From Candidatus Lustribacter sp. (GTDB taxonomy: Bacteria > Vulcanimicrobiota > Vulcanimicrobiia > Vulcanimicrobiales > Vulcanimicrobiaceae), in NCBI GenBank assembly GCA_965277805.1, contig OZ255842.1, positions 5,216,001-5,280,000 of the forward strand: a stretch of 64,000 nucleotides of DNA, given 5' to 3'. Position numbers and translations under genes: made by a program. Positions 1 to 8,229 of this stretch are shown here, one piece after another. Position 1 is the stretch's first letter. Every line of letters begins with the position of its first letter. Under the pieces are notes generated by a model. It was not told the DNA's origin and ran no database searches. It was given only the letters and a program-made list of their open reading frames with translations.

Positions 1-465
1 ATCCATGTCGCAGAACAGCACACCGTCTTTTTCGAGTTCCTCGATGACGGAGTGGTAGACGACTTCCGATTCGTACTGGGCCGAGACCCCGGACAAGAAC
101 TTGCGCTCGGCTTCGGGGATCCCGAGGCGGTCGAACGTCTTCTTGATGTCGTCGGGGACGTCGTCCCACGACTGCTCGGTCCGGTCGGACGACCGCACGA
201 AGTAGTGGATGTTGTCGAAATCGATGTCGTTGAGGGCTTCGGTATCGCCCCACGTCGGCATCGGCTTGTCGCGGAAGACCTGAAGCGCGTTCAGCCGGAA
301 CTCGCGCATCCACGCGGGCTCGTCCTTCATCTCGGAAATGCGCTCGACGATCTCCCGGGTCAGCCCCTTGGCTGACTTGAAGACGTACTTGTCTTCCGAG
401 TCATGAAACCCGTGCCGGTACTCCTCGATGAGGTCTTCGGGCTGGGTCTTCAGTTCAACGGCCAT
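1..465 (-). CDS. sufB: Fe-S cluster assembly protein SufB (5' part; runs off the window start)
   Basis: Not in the ORF track. Manual translation from ATG at 465: MAVELKTQPEDLIEEYRHGFHD...GLTREIVERISEMKDEPAWMREFRL...SWDDVPDDIKKTFDRLGIPEAERKFLSGVSAQYESEVVYH, a typical SufB N-terminus. Confidence 0.95.
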   Translation of the reverse strand, partial: MAVELKTQPEDLIEEYRHGFHDSEDKYVFKSAKGLTREIVERISEMKDEPAWMREFRLNALQVFRDKPMPTWGDTEALNDIDFDNIHYFVRSSDRTEQSWDDVPDDIKKTFDRLGIPEAERKFLSGVSAQYESEVVYHSVIEELEKDGVLFCDMD

Positions 466-474
466 ATCAGGTTA

Positions 475-503
475 AGGGTACCCCTCGGGACAACGTTCGT
501 CAA
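475..503 (-). promoter_or_regulatory. sigma70-type promoter of sufB
   Basis: Minus strand TTGACG (503-498), 17-nt spacer, TACCCT (480-475); ATG lies 9 nt downstream. Confidence 0.6.
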
Positions 504-522
504 GATAGTCCAGGCCTATCTT
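502..522. promoter_or_regulatory. 10-1-10 palindrome overlapping the sufB -35 box (candidate operator)
   Basis: AAGATAGTCC-A-GGCCTATCTT; arms are 9/10 complementary. Confidence 0.55.
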
Positions 523-539
523 AATTATCTGGGCCGGAT

Positions 540-563
540 TGTCTCCCGAGCTTGTCCGGAGGG
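540..563 (+). repeat. degenerate copy of the 25-bp REP-like repeat
   Basis: TGTC-TCCCGAGCTTGTCCGGAGGG versus consensus TGTCATCCCGAGCTTGTCGAGGGAC. Confidence 0.5.
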
Positions 564-603
564 CGTCCGAAACCCCTGCTTGCCTTGGACGTGCGCCGGG
601 CCC

Positions 604-632
604 TTTACATAGGGGGGGTGGGGGGGTATGAT
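604..632 (+). promoter_or_regulatory. near-consensus sigma70 promoter upstream of speD with a G7-T-G7 spacer
   Basis: TTTACA (604-609), 17-nt spacer TAGGGGGGGTGGGGGGG, TATGAT (627-632). Confidence 0.7.
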
Positions 633-650
633 GTGCGTCGGTGTTACCGG

Positions 651-678
651 ACCCCGGTTGAGTTAGCCGGGGTTTTTT
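651..678 (+). terminator. intrinsic-terminator-like hairpin just downstream of the promoter
   Basis: ACCCCGGTT-GAGTT-AGCCGGGGT running into a T6 tract (673-678). Confidence 0.65.
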
Positions 679-868
679 AGTCGAAATCGTGGGGGACGGC
701 GCGCCCAACGCGCCTGCGCAGTGGAACGTTCGCTTGCCAAAAAGGGGCAATGCCGACAAGAGTTCGCTGAAAGGTCGCAAGCGAGACGGTGTACCGCACG
801 CGCTTGACGACGCGCCTGGAGGTGGGATTTCCCAACCGATAGATCTGTTCTAAGGAGCAAACCAAGAA

Positions 869-1285
869 TTGAAAGCACTCGGTACGCACATCGTTTGCGA
901 GCTGTCCGGCTGTAATGCCGCAATGCTCACCGACGTCGACGCGGTCGCTGAAATGATGGAGCAGGCGGCTCTGGAAGCCAACGCCACTCCGATCACCAAG
1001 GCGTTTCACCGGTTCCAGCCGCAAGGCGTCTCCGGCGTCGTCGTCATCCAAGAATCGCACCTGTCGATTCACACCTGGCCTGAGACCGGTTATGCCGCGA
1101 TGGATTTTTACACATGCGGCGATCACACGGACCCCTGGGCGGCCTGCGAATATGCAGCCAAGATTCTCCGCGCAACGAACATGCGCACGACCGAAGTGAA
1201 ACGCGGGATCGAAGCCTCCCGCGGCCAGTTCACCCACGTGGTCACGACCGACGGCGAGGAACGCTCCCTCGAGCGTACCGCCTAG
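869..1285 (+). CDS. speD: S-adenosylmethionine decarboxylase proenzyme (class 1b)
   Basis: HRFQPQGVSGVVVIQESHLSIHTWPE (pyruvoyl ES cleavage site) and DFYTCG; TTG start; adjacent to an aminopropyltransferase. Confidence 0.93.
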   Translation: MKALGTHIVCELSGCNAAMLTDVDAVAEMMEQAALEANATPITKAFHRFQPQGVSGVVVIQESHLSIHTWPETGYAAMDFYTCGDHTDPWAACEYAAKILRATNMRTTEVKRGIEASRGQFTHVVTTDGEERSLERTA

Positions 1286-1310
1286 CCCCGACCCTTCCGC
1301 GCCGGAACCG

Positions 1311-1340
1311 AAGCGCTGCTGCAAAGCGGCGCTTTTTTTT
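1311..1340 (+). terminator. intrinsic terminator between speD and speE
   Basis: AAGCGCTGCT-GCAA-AGCGGCGCTT running into a T8 tract. Confidence 0.8.
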
Positions 1341-1384
1341 GCGACCAATGGTCCGGCGGGCTCTTTCACTAATACGAACCGCCC

Positions 1385-2272
1385 ATGCCGAAAACCGAAC
1401 ATTATCAGTGGTACGTCGAGCAGTTCGCCGACACCGAACTGCATCATCACGCGATCGACGAACTGTACTATGCCGGGAAGACGCCGTTCCAGTCGGTGGC
1501 CGTGCTGCGCACGGCGGTGTTCGGCAAGATGCTGGTACTCGACGGGGATACGCAGAGCTCGCAGGCCGACGAGAAGATCTACCATGAGTCGCTCGTGCAT
1601 CCGGCACTCGCGGCGAGTGCGGGCCGGCGCGAGGTGCTGATCCTGGGCGGCGGCGAGGGCGCGACGCTGCGCGAGGTGTTGCGGCATCCCGAGGTCGTGC
1701 GCTGCACGATGGTCGACATCGACGGCGAAGTCGTCGAGTTATCCAAAAAATACTTGCCCGAATGGTCGGCCGGCGCATTCGAGGATCCGCGTGCGAACGT
1801 CATCATCGGCGACGCGCTGGCGTTCATTAAGCAGCCCGGTACCTTCGATGCGATCATCTCCGATCTCACCGAGCCGCTGCCCGATTCGCCGTCGTTTCCG
1901 CTCTTCAACGGCGAGGTGTTTCGCGACATCAAGGCGCGCCTCGCGCCGGGCGGCGTGTACGTGCTGCAAGCGAGTACGGCCGGCTTTCACAACATGGCGC
2001 TGCACGCCAAAATGGCGCGCTCGCTGCGCGCGCACTTCAAACACGTCGCGAGTTTCTTCACCCACGTGCCGGCCTTCGACAACGACTGGGCCTTCATCGC
2101 GTGCAGCGACGCGCACGACGTCGCGGCGCTCGAGCCGTCGAAGATCGATGCCTACACGGGCCAACTGTGCGGCGAGAATTTCTTCTACGACGGTCAAACG
2201 CACCGGCGCCTGTTCAGCCTGCCGCTGTACCTGCGCCGCGAGCTCGCGAAGCCGGGCGACGTTTTTTCGTAG
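1385..2272 (+). CDS. speE: polyamine aminopropyltransferase (spermidine synthase family)
   Basis: LVLDGDTQ, YHESLVHP, LILGGGEG, VDIDGEVV, IISDLTEP motifs. Confidence 0.92.
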   Translation: MPKTEHYQWYVEQFADTELHHHAIDELYYAGKTPFQSVAVLRTAVFGKMLVLDGDTQSSQADEKIYHESLVHPALAASAGRREVLILGGGEGATLREVLRHPEVVRCTMVDIDGEVVELSKKYLPEWSAGAFEDPRANVIIGDALAFIKQPGTFDAIISDLTEPLPDSPSFPLFNGEVFRDIKARLAPGGVYVLQASTAGFHNMALHAKMARSLRAHFKHVASFFTHVPAFDNDWAFIACSDAHDVAALEPSKIDAYTGQLCGENFFYDGQTHRRLFSLPLYLRRELAKPGDVFS

Positions 2273-2279
2273 TGCCCGC

Positions 2280-3377
2280 ATGATGGATGAAGAGCCGCTG
2301 CGGCGGACGGCGCTGTTCGAGGTGCACCGCGCGCTCGGCGCGCGTATCGTGCCGTTCGGCGGCTTCGAGATGCCGGTGCAGTATGCCGGCATCTTGGCCG
2401 AACACGAAGCCGTGCGCAAACGCGCGGGGCTGTTCGATCTCTCGCACATGGCGCAGTTCGAACTGCGCGGCGGCGACGCCGGCGCGTGGGCCGACGAGCT
2501 CACCGTGAATCACGTCGGCACGATGAAACCGTTTCAGGCGCGCTACAACATCTTCACCAACGCCGCCGGCGGCGCGCTCGACGACGTGATCTTCTACCGC
2601 TTGCCCGACCGCTGGCTCCTGATCGTCAATGCCGGCAACGCGCACAAGATGTGGGCGTACTTGGAAGCGCAGCGCCGCGGTGACGTGCAGCTCGCCGATC
2701 TGCGCGGCGAAACCGCGTTGCTCGCGGTACAGGGCCCGCGCAGCGTCGAGGTGCTCGCGCCGCTGGTTGCGGGCGACATCGCGGCGCTCAAATACTATAC
2801 GTGCATCGAAACGGCGGCCGGCGGCGTGCCGGCGATCGTGGCGCGTACGGGCTATACGGGTGAGGATGGTTTCGAGGTGTTCTTGGCGGCCGATGCGGCC
2901 GTGAGTTTGTGGGATGCGTTGCTGACCGAACATCGCGGCGTGTTGGCACCGTGCGGGCTCGGAGCGCGCGACGTTTTGCGGCTGGAAGCCGGTATGCCGC
3001 TCTACGGCCACGAGCTGACCGAAGAGATCACGCCGCTGCAAGCCGGTCTCGGCTGGGCGGTGAAGTTCGCGAAACCATCTTTCACCGGCAAAGCGGCGCT
3101 GGAAGCGCAGGCGGCCGCGGACGCGTATCCGCGCATCGCCGGCGTCGTACTGGACGGGCGCGTTCCGGTGCGCGCCGGCTATCGCGTGCTGCGCGACGGT
3201 GCCGACGTGGGCGAAATTCGCAGCGGTTCGATCGCACCGTCCGTCGGGAACCAGAGCATCGGCACCGCGCTCATCGATGCGGTGAGTGCAACCGTGGGAA
3301 CCCGTCTGGGAGTCGAAGTGCGCGGCACCGAACATCCGGCGACGACGGTCGCATTACCGTTCTACAAGCGAGGCTAA
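2280..3377 (+). CDS. gcvT: glycine cleavage system aminomethyltransferase T
   Basis: FGGFEMPVQY, GLFDLSHM, ARTGYTGEDGFE, GLGARDVLRLEAG; start trimmed to ATG 2280. Confidence 0.95.
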   Translation: MMDEEPLRRTALFEVHRALGARIVPFGGFEMPVQYAGILAEHEAVRKRAGLFDLSHMAQFELRGGDAGAWADELTVNHVGTMKPFQARYNIFTNAAGGALDDVIFYRLPDRWLLIVNAGNAHKMWAYLEAQRRGDVQLADLRGETALLAVQGPRSVEVLAPLVAGDIAALKYYTCIETAAGGVPAIVARTGYTGEDGFEVFLAADAAVSLWDALLTEHRGVLAPCGLGARDVLRLEAGMPLYGHELTEEITPLQAGLGWAVKFAKPSFTGKAALEAQAAADAYPRIAGVVLDGRVPVRAGYRVLRDGADVGEIRSGSIAPSVGNQSIGTALIDAVSATVGTRLGVEVRGTEHPATTVALPFYKRG

Positions 3378-3763
3378 TGGTGGCACAACCGGCGGGACTG
3401 CTCTTCAGCAAAGACCACGAATGGGTGAAGCTGGACGGCGACATCGCAACGATCGGCATTTCCGACTACGCTCAACATTCGCTCGGCGATATCGTTTACG
3501 TGGAGCTGCCGCGCGTCGGCGCGACGCTGAAGCAATTTGCCGGCATCGGCGTCGTCGAGTCGGTGAAGGCCGTCTCGGATATCTTCACGCCGCTCGGCGG
3601 TGAAGTGCTCGAGATCAACCCCGCGGTCGAAGCCGATGCGTCGCTGGTCAACCGCGAACCCTACGACGGCGGCTGGTTCTACAAACTCAAGCTCAGCGAT
3701 GATTCGGAAAAGCAAAACCTGATGTCGGGCGACGAGTACGATAAGTTGATCGCCGAGGCCTAA
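3377..3763 (+). CDS. gcvH: glycine cleavage system H protein
   Basis: KDHEWV, IGISDYAQ, lipoyl site VESVKAVSD, PYDGGW; ATG overlaps the gcvT stop. Confidence 0.95.
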   Translation: MVAQPAGLLFSKDHEWVKLDGDIATIGISDYAQHSLGDIVYVELPRVGATLKQFAGIGVVESVKAVSDIFTPLGGEVLEINPAVEADASLVNREPYDGGWFYKLKLSDDSEKQNLMSGDEYDKLIAEA

Positions 3764-3767
3764 GCCC

Positions 3768-4691
3768 TTAGACCTCGGCTTCCGCCTGCGCTTCTCGCAG
3801 ATAGGAATCGCGCCAGGCGGTGGTGCTGTAAAGCCGGGACCCGAGATTTACGTGCCTCAGCCTTCCGCGCTGCGTTGCCTTGTGCAGCGCTTCGAGTGAG
3901 AGCGGTCCCACGAGTGCCGAGAGCGGGAGCAGGTCGGGCGGAGCCGCCATGCGTTCGAGGTTCCGCTGCACGCTGCGCGCCACGTAGAACGCGAGCGGAT
4001 AGTAGTTACCGGCGTCCGCCTGTGTAAGTGCGATGCGATATTGCCGGATCGACCGCGGCGGGATCGTTGCGAAGGGCAAGCCCAGGCGCGTGAGCAGAAG
4101 GTTGAGGGCCAGGCGCGCGACGCGTCCGTTGCCGGACGAGAACGGACGAATGCGCTCCAGACGCTCTTGGAACATCGCGAGCCAGAGAAATTGCGGCGCC
4201 GACTCAGCCGGTCCGTGCCCCAAGTGATCGACCAGCGCGGCGACCTCCGAAACGATCAGGGACGGCGGCGTTGGGATGACGCCGCTGCGCACCGGACGGG
4301 CGTTGTGGGTGCGCCACGCGCCGGGCATCGCCGAGCTGTCGACGAGCGTGGTGCCGCCGGTGACGCGAGCGTGCAATTGCCGGATCTCGGCGACCGTGAT
4401 GAGCGCGCCCGAAGCCCGCGGCCGTTGGCTTTGCACCCAGGCCGAGGCTCGTCCGTACCCCCACGCCAGCAGATAATCGCGGAAGGCGCGATCGCCGGCC
4501 ACCACCCCGCGCTGTAAGAGCGCGCGGATTTGAGCGAGCGTCATGGCGGAGCCGGCCAGGATGCACGAGCCCCACACCTCCTCGAGGCGTAGAGTGAACT
4601 TGATCTGTTCTGCAACATCAGCGGGACGAGCGCTCTCCGCCTGCGCCGCCATCGCGGCTTCGAGCGATCGTAACTTCGCTTCGGCGTTCAC
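3768..4691 (-). CDS. Fic-domain protein with degenerate active site and putative C-terminal DNA-binding domain
   Basis: IRQLHARV...PGAWR...IRPFSSGNGRVARL (Fic motif with H replaced by R); C-terminal LEALHKATQRGRLRHVNLGSRLYST resembles an excisionase/MerR-like wHTH. Confidence 0.8.
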   Translation of the reverse strand: MNAEAKLRSLEAAMAAQAESARPADVAEQIKFTLRLEEVWGSCILAGSAMTLAQIRALLQRGVVAGDRAFRDYLLAWGYGRASAWVQSQRPRASGALITVAEIRQLHARVTGGTTLVDSSAMPGAWRTHNARPVRSGVIPTPPSLIVSEVAALVDHLGHGPAESAPQFLWLAMFQERLERIRPFSSGNGRVARLALNLLLTRLGLPFATIPPRSIRQYRIALTQADAGNYYPLAFYVARSVQRNLERMAAPPDLLPLSALVGPLSLEALHKATQRGRLRHVNLGSRLYSTTAWRDSYLREAQAEAEV

Positions 4692-4727
4692 CTGTCCATA
4701 TTATATAAATTCGGCTAATTTGGACAG
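4692..4727. promoter_or_regulatory. inverted repeat overlapping the fic -10 box
   Basis: CTGTCCATATTA-N12-TAATTTGGACAG (11/12 complementary); minus-strand TATAAT at 4705-4700, 8 nt before GTG 4691. Confidence 0.6.
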
Positions 4728-4769
4728 CTTTTCCGGTTCTTGCGCTAGGCATGCCCCGATGCTTGAACC

Positions 4770-7700
4770 ATGCACCCCTACCTCGCCGAACTCGCGCAAC
4801 GGATCCTCGTCTTTGATGGTGCTATGGGCACCCAGATCATGGCGCGCGAGCTTCTTCCCGAGGATTACGGTGGGCCGGCGCTTCACGGCTGCAACGAGGC
4901 GATCGTTCTCAGCCGGCCCGATATCGTCGAACACGTCCATCAATCGTACCTCGAAGCGGGGGCAGACGTCCTCGAAACGGATACCTTCACCGCATCGCGG
5001 CTCAAACTCGACGAGTATCAGCTGGGCGACCGCGTCGGCGAGATCAACCGGACTGCGGTTGCGATCGCGCGCAAGTGCGTCGACCGGGGGCATTGGACCC
5101 GGCCGCGCTTCGTCGCGGGCGCGATGGGTCCGACGGGGATGCTCATCTCGTCGTCGGATCCGGCGCTCTCGAAGATCACCTTCGAAGAGCTCGCGACGCT
5201 CTATGGTGAGCAGGCTCGTCATCTCGTTGAGGGCGGCGTCGACTTGCTGCTGCTCGAGACGAGTCAGGATCTGCTCGAAATGAAGGCCGCCGTGGCCGGC
5301 ATCATGCGCCAGTTTGAAAGTGGTTTACGGCGCGTTCCGATCCAGGCGCAGGCGACGCTGGACGTGACCGGGCGGATGCTGCTCGGTACCGACATCCGCG
5401 CGGTATGTGCGACGCTCGATGCGCTTCCGATCGACGTGATCGGACTGAATTGCTCGACCGGGCCGTCGCACATGCGCGACGCCGTACGGTTTTTGTGCGA
5501 AAACTCGCGCTGCTACGTCGCCGTGATCCCCAATGCCGGACTGCCGATCATGGGGCCTAAGGGCGAGACGATCTATCCCGAAACGCCGGACGAGATGGCG
5601 ACCGAGCTGCGCGCGTTCGTCACGGATTTCGGCGTGAACGCCATCGGCGGCTGCTGCGGCACGACCGAGGCGCACATCGCCGCGTTTTCGGCGGCGGTCG
5701 ACGGGCTTCATGGCCGCAAACCTGCCGAGAAGCCTCAGCAGCTCGTCGCCAGCGCAATGACCGCAACGTTCCTCGAGCAAGAGCCCAAACCGCTTCTCGT
5801 CGGCGAACGGATCAATGCGCAGGGGTCGCGGCGGATGAAACGGCTGTTGCTTGCCGACGCTTACGATGACATCGTGCTCGTCGCGCGCGAGCAGATCGAA
5901 ATGGGCGCGCACGTGCTCGATATCTGCACGGCCATGACCGAGCGGGTCGATGAGGCCGGTCAGATGGAAACCATCGTCAAGAAGCTCGCGCAATCCGTCG
6001 AGGTCCCGGTGATGATCGACTCGACCGAGCCCGCCGTGATCGCGGCAGCGCTTCGCGCCTACCCCGGCCGGGCGATCGTCAACTCGATCAATCTTGAAAA
6101 CGGCCGCAAGCGGATCGACGACGTCATGCCGCTGGTGCGCGAGGCGGGCGCCGCAGTCGTCGCCTTGACGATCGACGAAACCGGGATGGCGAAAACGGCC
6201 GAACGCAAGGTCGAAATCGCCAAGCGCATCTACGGGATCGTTACCTCCGAGTTCGACCTGCCGCCGGGCGCGCTTATCTTCGACGCGCTGACATTCACCC
6301 TCGCGACCGGGGATGCGGAGTTTCTCGATTCAGCCGTCGCCACGATCGAAGGCATCAAGCGCATCAAGCGCGAGCTTCCCGGTGTCCTCACCTCGCTCGG
6401 CGTCAGCAACGTCAGTTTCGGGCTCAAGCCCGCCGCCCGCGCCGCACTGAACTCCGTGATGCTGCATCATTGCGTGGATGCCGGTCTCGACATCGCGCTC
6501 GTGCATCCGCAAGAGATCACGCCGTATGCCGAAATCGACGCGCTCGAGCGGGTTCTGTGCGACGATCTCGTGTTCAACCGGCGCCCCGATGCCTTGCAGC
6601 GCGTGATCGAGCACTTCGAGGTCAAAGGGCCCGCCGCAGCGGCTGAATCGACGGACGATGACGCCGATCTCCCGATCGAGGTTCGCATTCATCAAGCGAT
6701 CCTCAGGCGCCGCAAGGACGGTATCGAGGACAAGCTCGATGAGGCGTTGCGTACGCGCGATGCGGTCGACGTCATCAACAACGTTTTACTGCCGGCGATG
6801 AAAGAAGTCGGCGACAAATTCGGTTCGGGCGAACTGATCCTGCCGTTCGTGCTTCAGTCGGCTGAGGTCATGAAGAAGGCCGTTGCGCATCTCGAGCAGT
6901 TTCTCGAGAAGAAGGATGGCGCGAGTAAAGGCAAGATCGTGCTTGCGACCGTTTTCGGCGACGTGCACGACATCGGGAAAAACCTCGTGCACACGATCCT
7001 TGCCAACAACGGCTATACGGTTTTCGATCTCGGCAAACAAGTGCCGATGAACGTCATTCTGGAAAAGGCCATCGAAGTCAACGCCGACGCCATCGGCCTT
7101 TCCGCGCTCCTCGTGTCGACCTCAAAGCAGATGCCGATCTGCGTTCAAGAACAAGACTCCCGCGGCCTCACGTTTCCGGTCCTGATCGGAGGCGCGGCAA
7201 TCAACCGTGATTTTGGAAGGCGCACGGCGCTCATCGACGGCGACCGCGTCTTCGCTCCGGGGCTCTTCTACGCGAAAGACGCGTTCGAAGGTCTCGACAT
7301 CATGGAGCAACTCGTGGTGCCGGCGAAGCGCGAGCTCTTGGTCGATCAGATGCGCGGCGAAGCGCTCGCGTCGCGTGCCCGCCCGGCCGCGGAGCCGGTG
7401 GCGATATCCGGCCGCACCGCACGCGAATGGCTGACACAGGCGGATGTTCCCGAAGCTCCGTTTTTCGGCGCGCGCACGATCGCCGGTCTCGATGCGAGCG
7501 AACTTTGGGCGCACTTCGATCTCAAGAGCCTCTACCGTTTGTCGTGGGGCGGATCGAACGTAAAAGGCGCCCAATGGGAGGCCCTCGTACGGGACGAATT
7601 CGACCCGCGGCTGCAGCGCTTTCGCACGCTGGCTGAGCGCTCGGCGCTCTTAGACCCCCGGGTGGTGTATGGGTATTTCCCGGCCAGCGGCGACGGCGAA

Positions 7701-8228
7701 GATGTGGTGATCTACGATCCGGCGGACATGCGCGTGGAAATCGCGCGGTTGCGTTTCACGCGCCAAGCCGGCGGCCAGCACTTGTGCTTGGCGGACTACC
7801 TCCGCCCCGCGGGTCCGAGTCATCAGCTCGACGTCATCGCACTCCAAGTCGTAACGGTCGGATCGGCGATTTCAGGGCGCATCGATGCGATGCAGCAGAG
7901 CGGCGATTATAGCGAATCGTACTTTCTGCACGGTTTTTCCGTGCAAGCCGCTGAAGCGCTGGCCGAACACACCCATCGCCGCATTCGCAGCGAACTCGGA
8001 CTTCCCGTGGACCAGGGGAAACGGTACTCGTGGGGTTACGGCGCGTGCCCCGACCTCTCGCAGCATGAGACCGTCTGGCGTTTACTCGACGCCGAGCGAG
8101 CGATCGGGACGGAGCTGACCAGCGCCTTTCAGATCGTTCCCGAACAGTCGACCGCTGCGATCATCGTCCATCATCCAGAGGCAACGTACTTCAATGCTGC
8201 GGCCAGCCGCGAACTGGTACCGGCCTAG
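4770..8228 (+). CDS. metH: cobalamin-dependent methionine synthase
   Basis: FDGAMGT, GLNCSTGP, GGCCGT (Zn/Hcy), VGERIN (pterin), DVHDIGKNLV (B12), GKRYSWGYGACPD (reactivation domain). Confidence 0.96.
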   Translation: MHPYLAELAQRILVFDGAMGTQIMARELLPEDYGGPALHGCNEAIVLSRPDIVEHVHQSYLEAGADVLETDTFTASRLKLDEYQLGDRVGEINRTAVAIARKCVDRGHWTRPRFVAGAMGPTGMLISSSDPALSKITFEELATLYGEQARHLVEGGVDLLLLETSQDLLEMKAAVAGIMRQFESGLRRVPIQAQATLDVTGRMLLGTDIRAVCATLDALPIDVIGLNCSTGPSHMRDAVRFLCENSRCYVAVIPNAGLPIMGPKGETIYPETPDEMATELRAFVTDFGVNAIGGCCGTTEAHIAAFSAAVDGLHGRKPAEKPQQLVASAMTATFLEQEPKPLLVGERINAQGSRRMKRLLLADAYDDIVLVAREQIEMGAHVLDICTAMTERVDEAGQMETIVKKLAQSVEVPVMIDSTEPAVIAAALRAYPGRAIVNSINLENGRKRIDDVMPLVREAGAAVVALTIDETGMAKTAERKVEIAKRIYGIVTSEFDLPPGALIFDALTFTLATGDAEFLDSAVATIEGIKRIKRELPGVLTSLGVSNVSFGLKPAARAALNSVMLHHCVDAGLDIALVHPQEITPYAEIDALERVLCDDLVFNRRPDALQRVIEHFEVKGPAAAAESTDDDADLPIEVRIHQAILRRRKDGIEDKLDEALRTRDAVDVINNVLLPAMKEVGDKFGSGELILPFVLQSAEVMKKAVAHLEQFLEKKDGASKGKIVLATVFGDVHDIGKNLVHTILANNGYTVFDLGKQVPMNVILEKAIEVNADAIGLSALLVSTSKQMPICVQEQDSRGLTFPVLIGGAAINRDFGRRTALIDGDRVFAPGLFYAKDAFEGLDIMEQLVVPAKRELLVDQMRGEALASRARPAAEPVAISGRTAREWLTQADVPEAPFFGARTIAGLDASELWAHFDLKSLYRLSWGGSNVKGAQWEALVRDEFDPRLQRFRTLAERSALLDPRVVYGYFPASGDGEDVVIYDPADMRVEIARLRFTRQAGGQHLCLADYLRPAGPSHQLDVIALQVVTVGSAISGRIDAMQQSGDYSESYFLHGFSVQAAEALAEHTHRRIRSELGLPVDQGKRYSWGYGACPDLSQHETVWRLLDAERAIGTELTSAFQIVPEQSTAAIIVHHPEATYFNAAASRELVPA

Positions 8229-8229
8229 C

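Noticed and set aside
680-868. Known riboswitch (SAM-I or its spermidine variant, c-di-GMP, glycine) in the speD leader
   Set aside because: Only fragments such as CAAGAG and GAAAGG resemble the consensus; I could not build the required helices by eye. An Infernal scan is needed.
1791-2279. Long N-terminal extensions or apparent fusions in the track (gcvT from 1791, gcvH from 2909, nfo from 14687, UvrD-like from 34767, nuclease from 36740)
   Set aside because: The extensions are off-frame reads through the upstream gene; family homology starts at the coupled start codons given in the features.
3768-4691. Fic as an active toxin of a toxin-antitoxin pair
   Set aside because: The catalytic His is absent and there is no adjacent antitoxin ORF.
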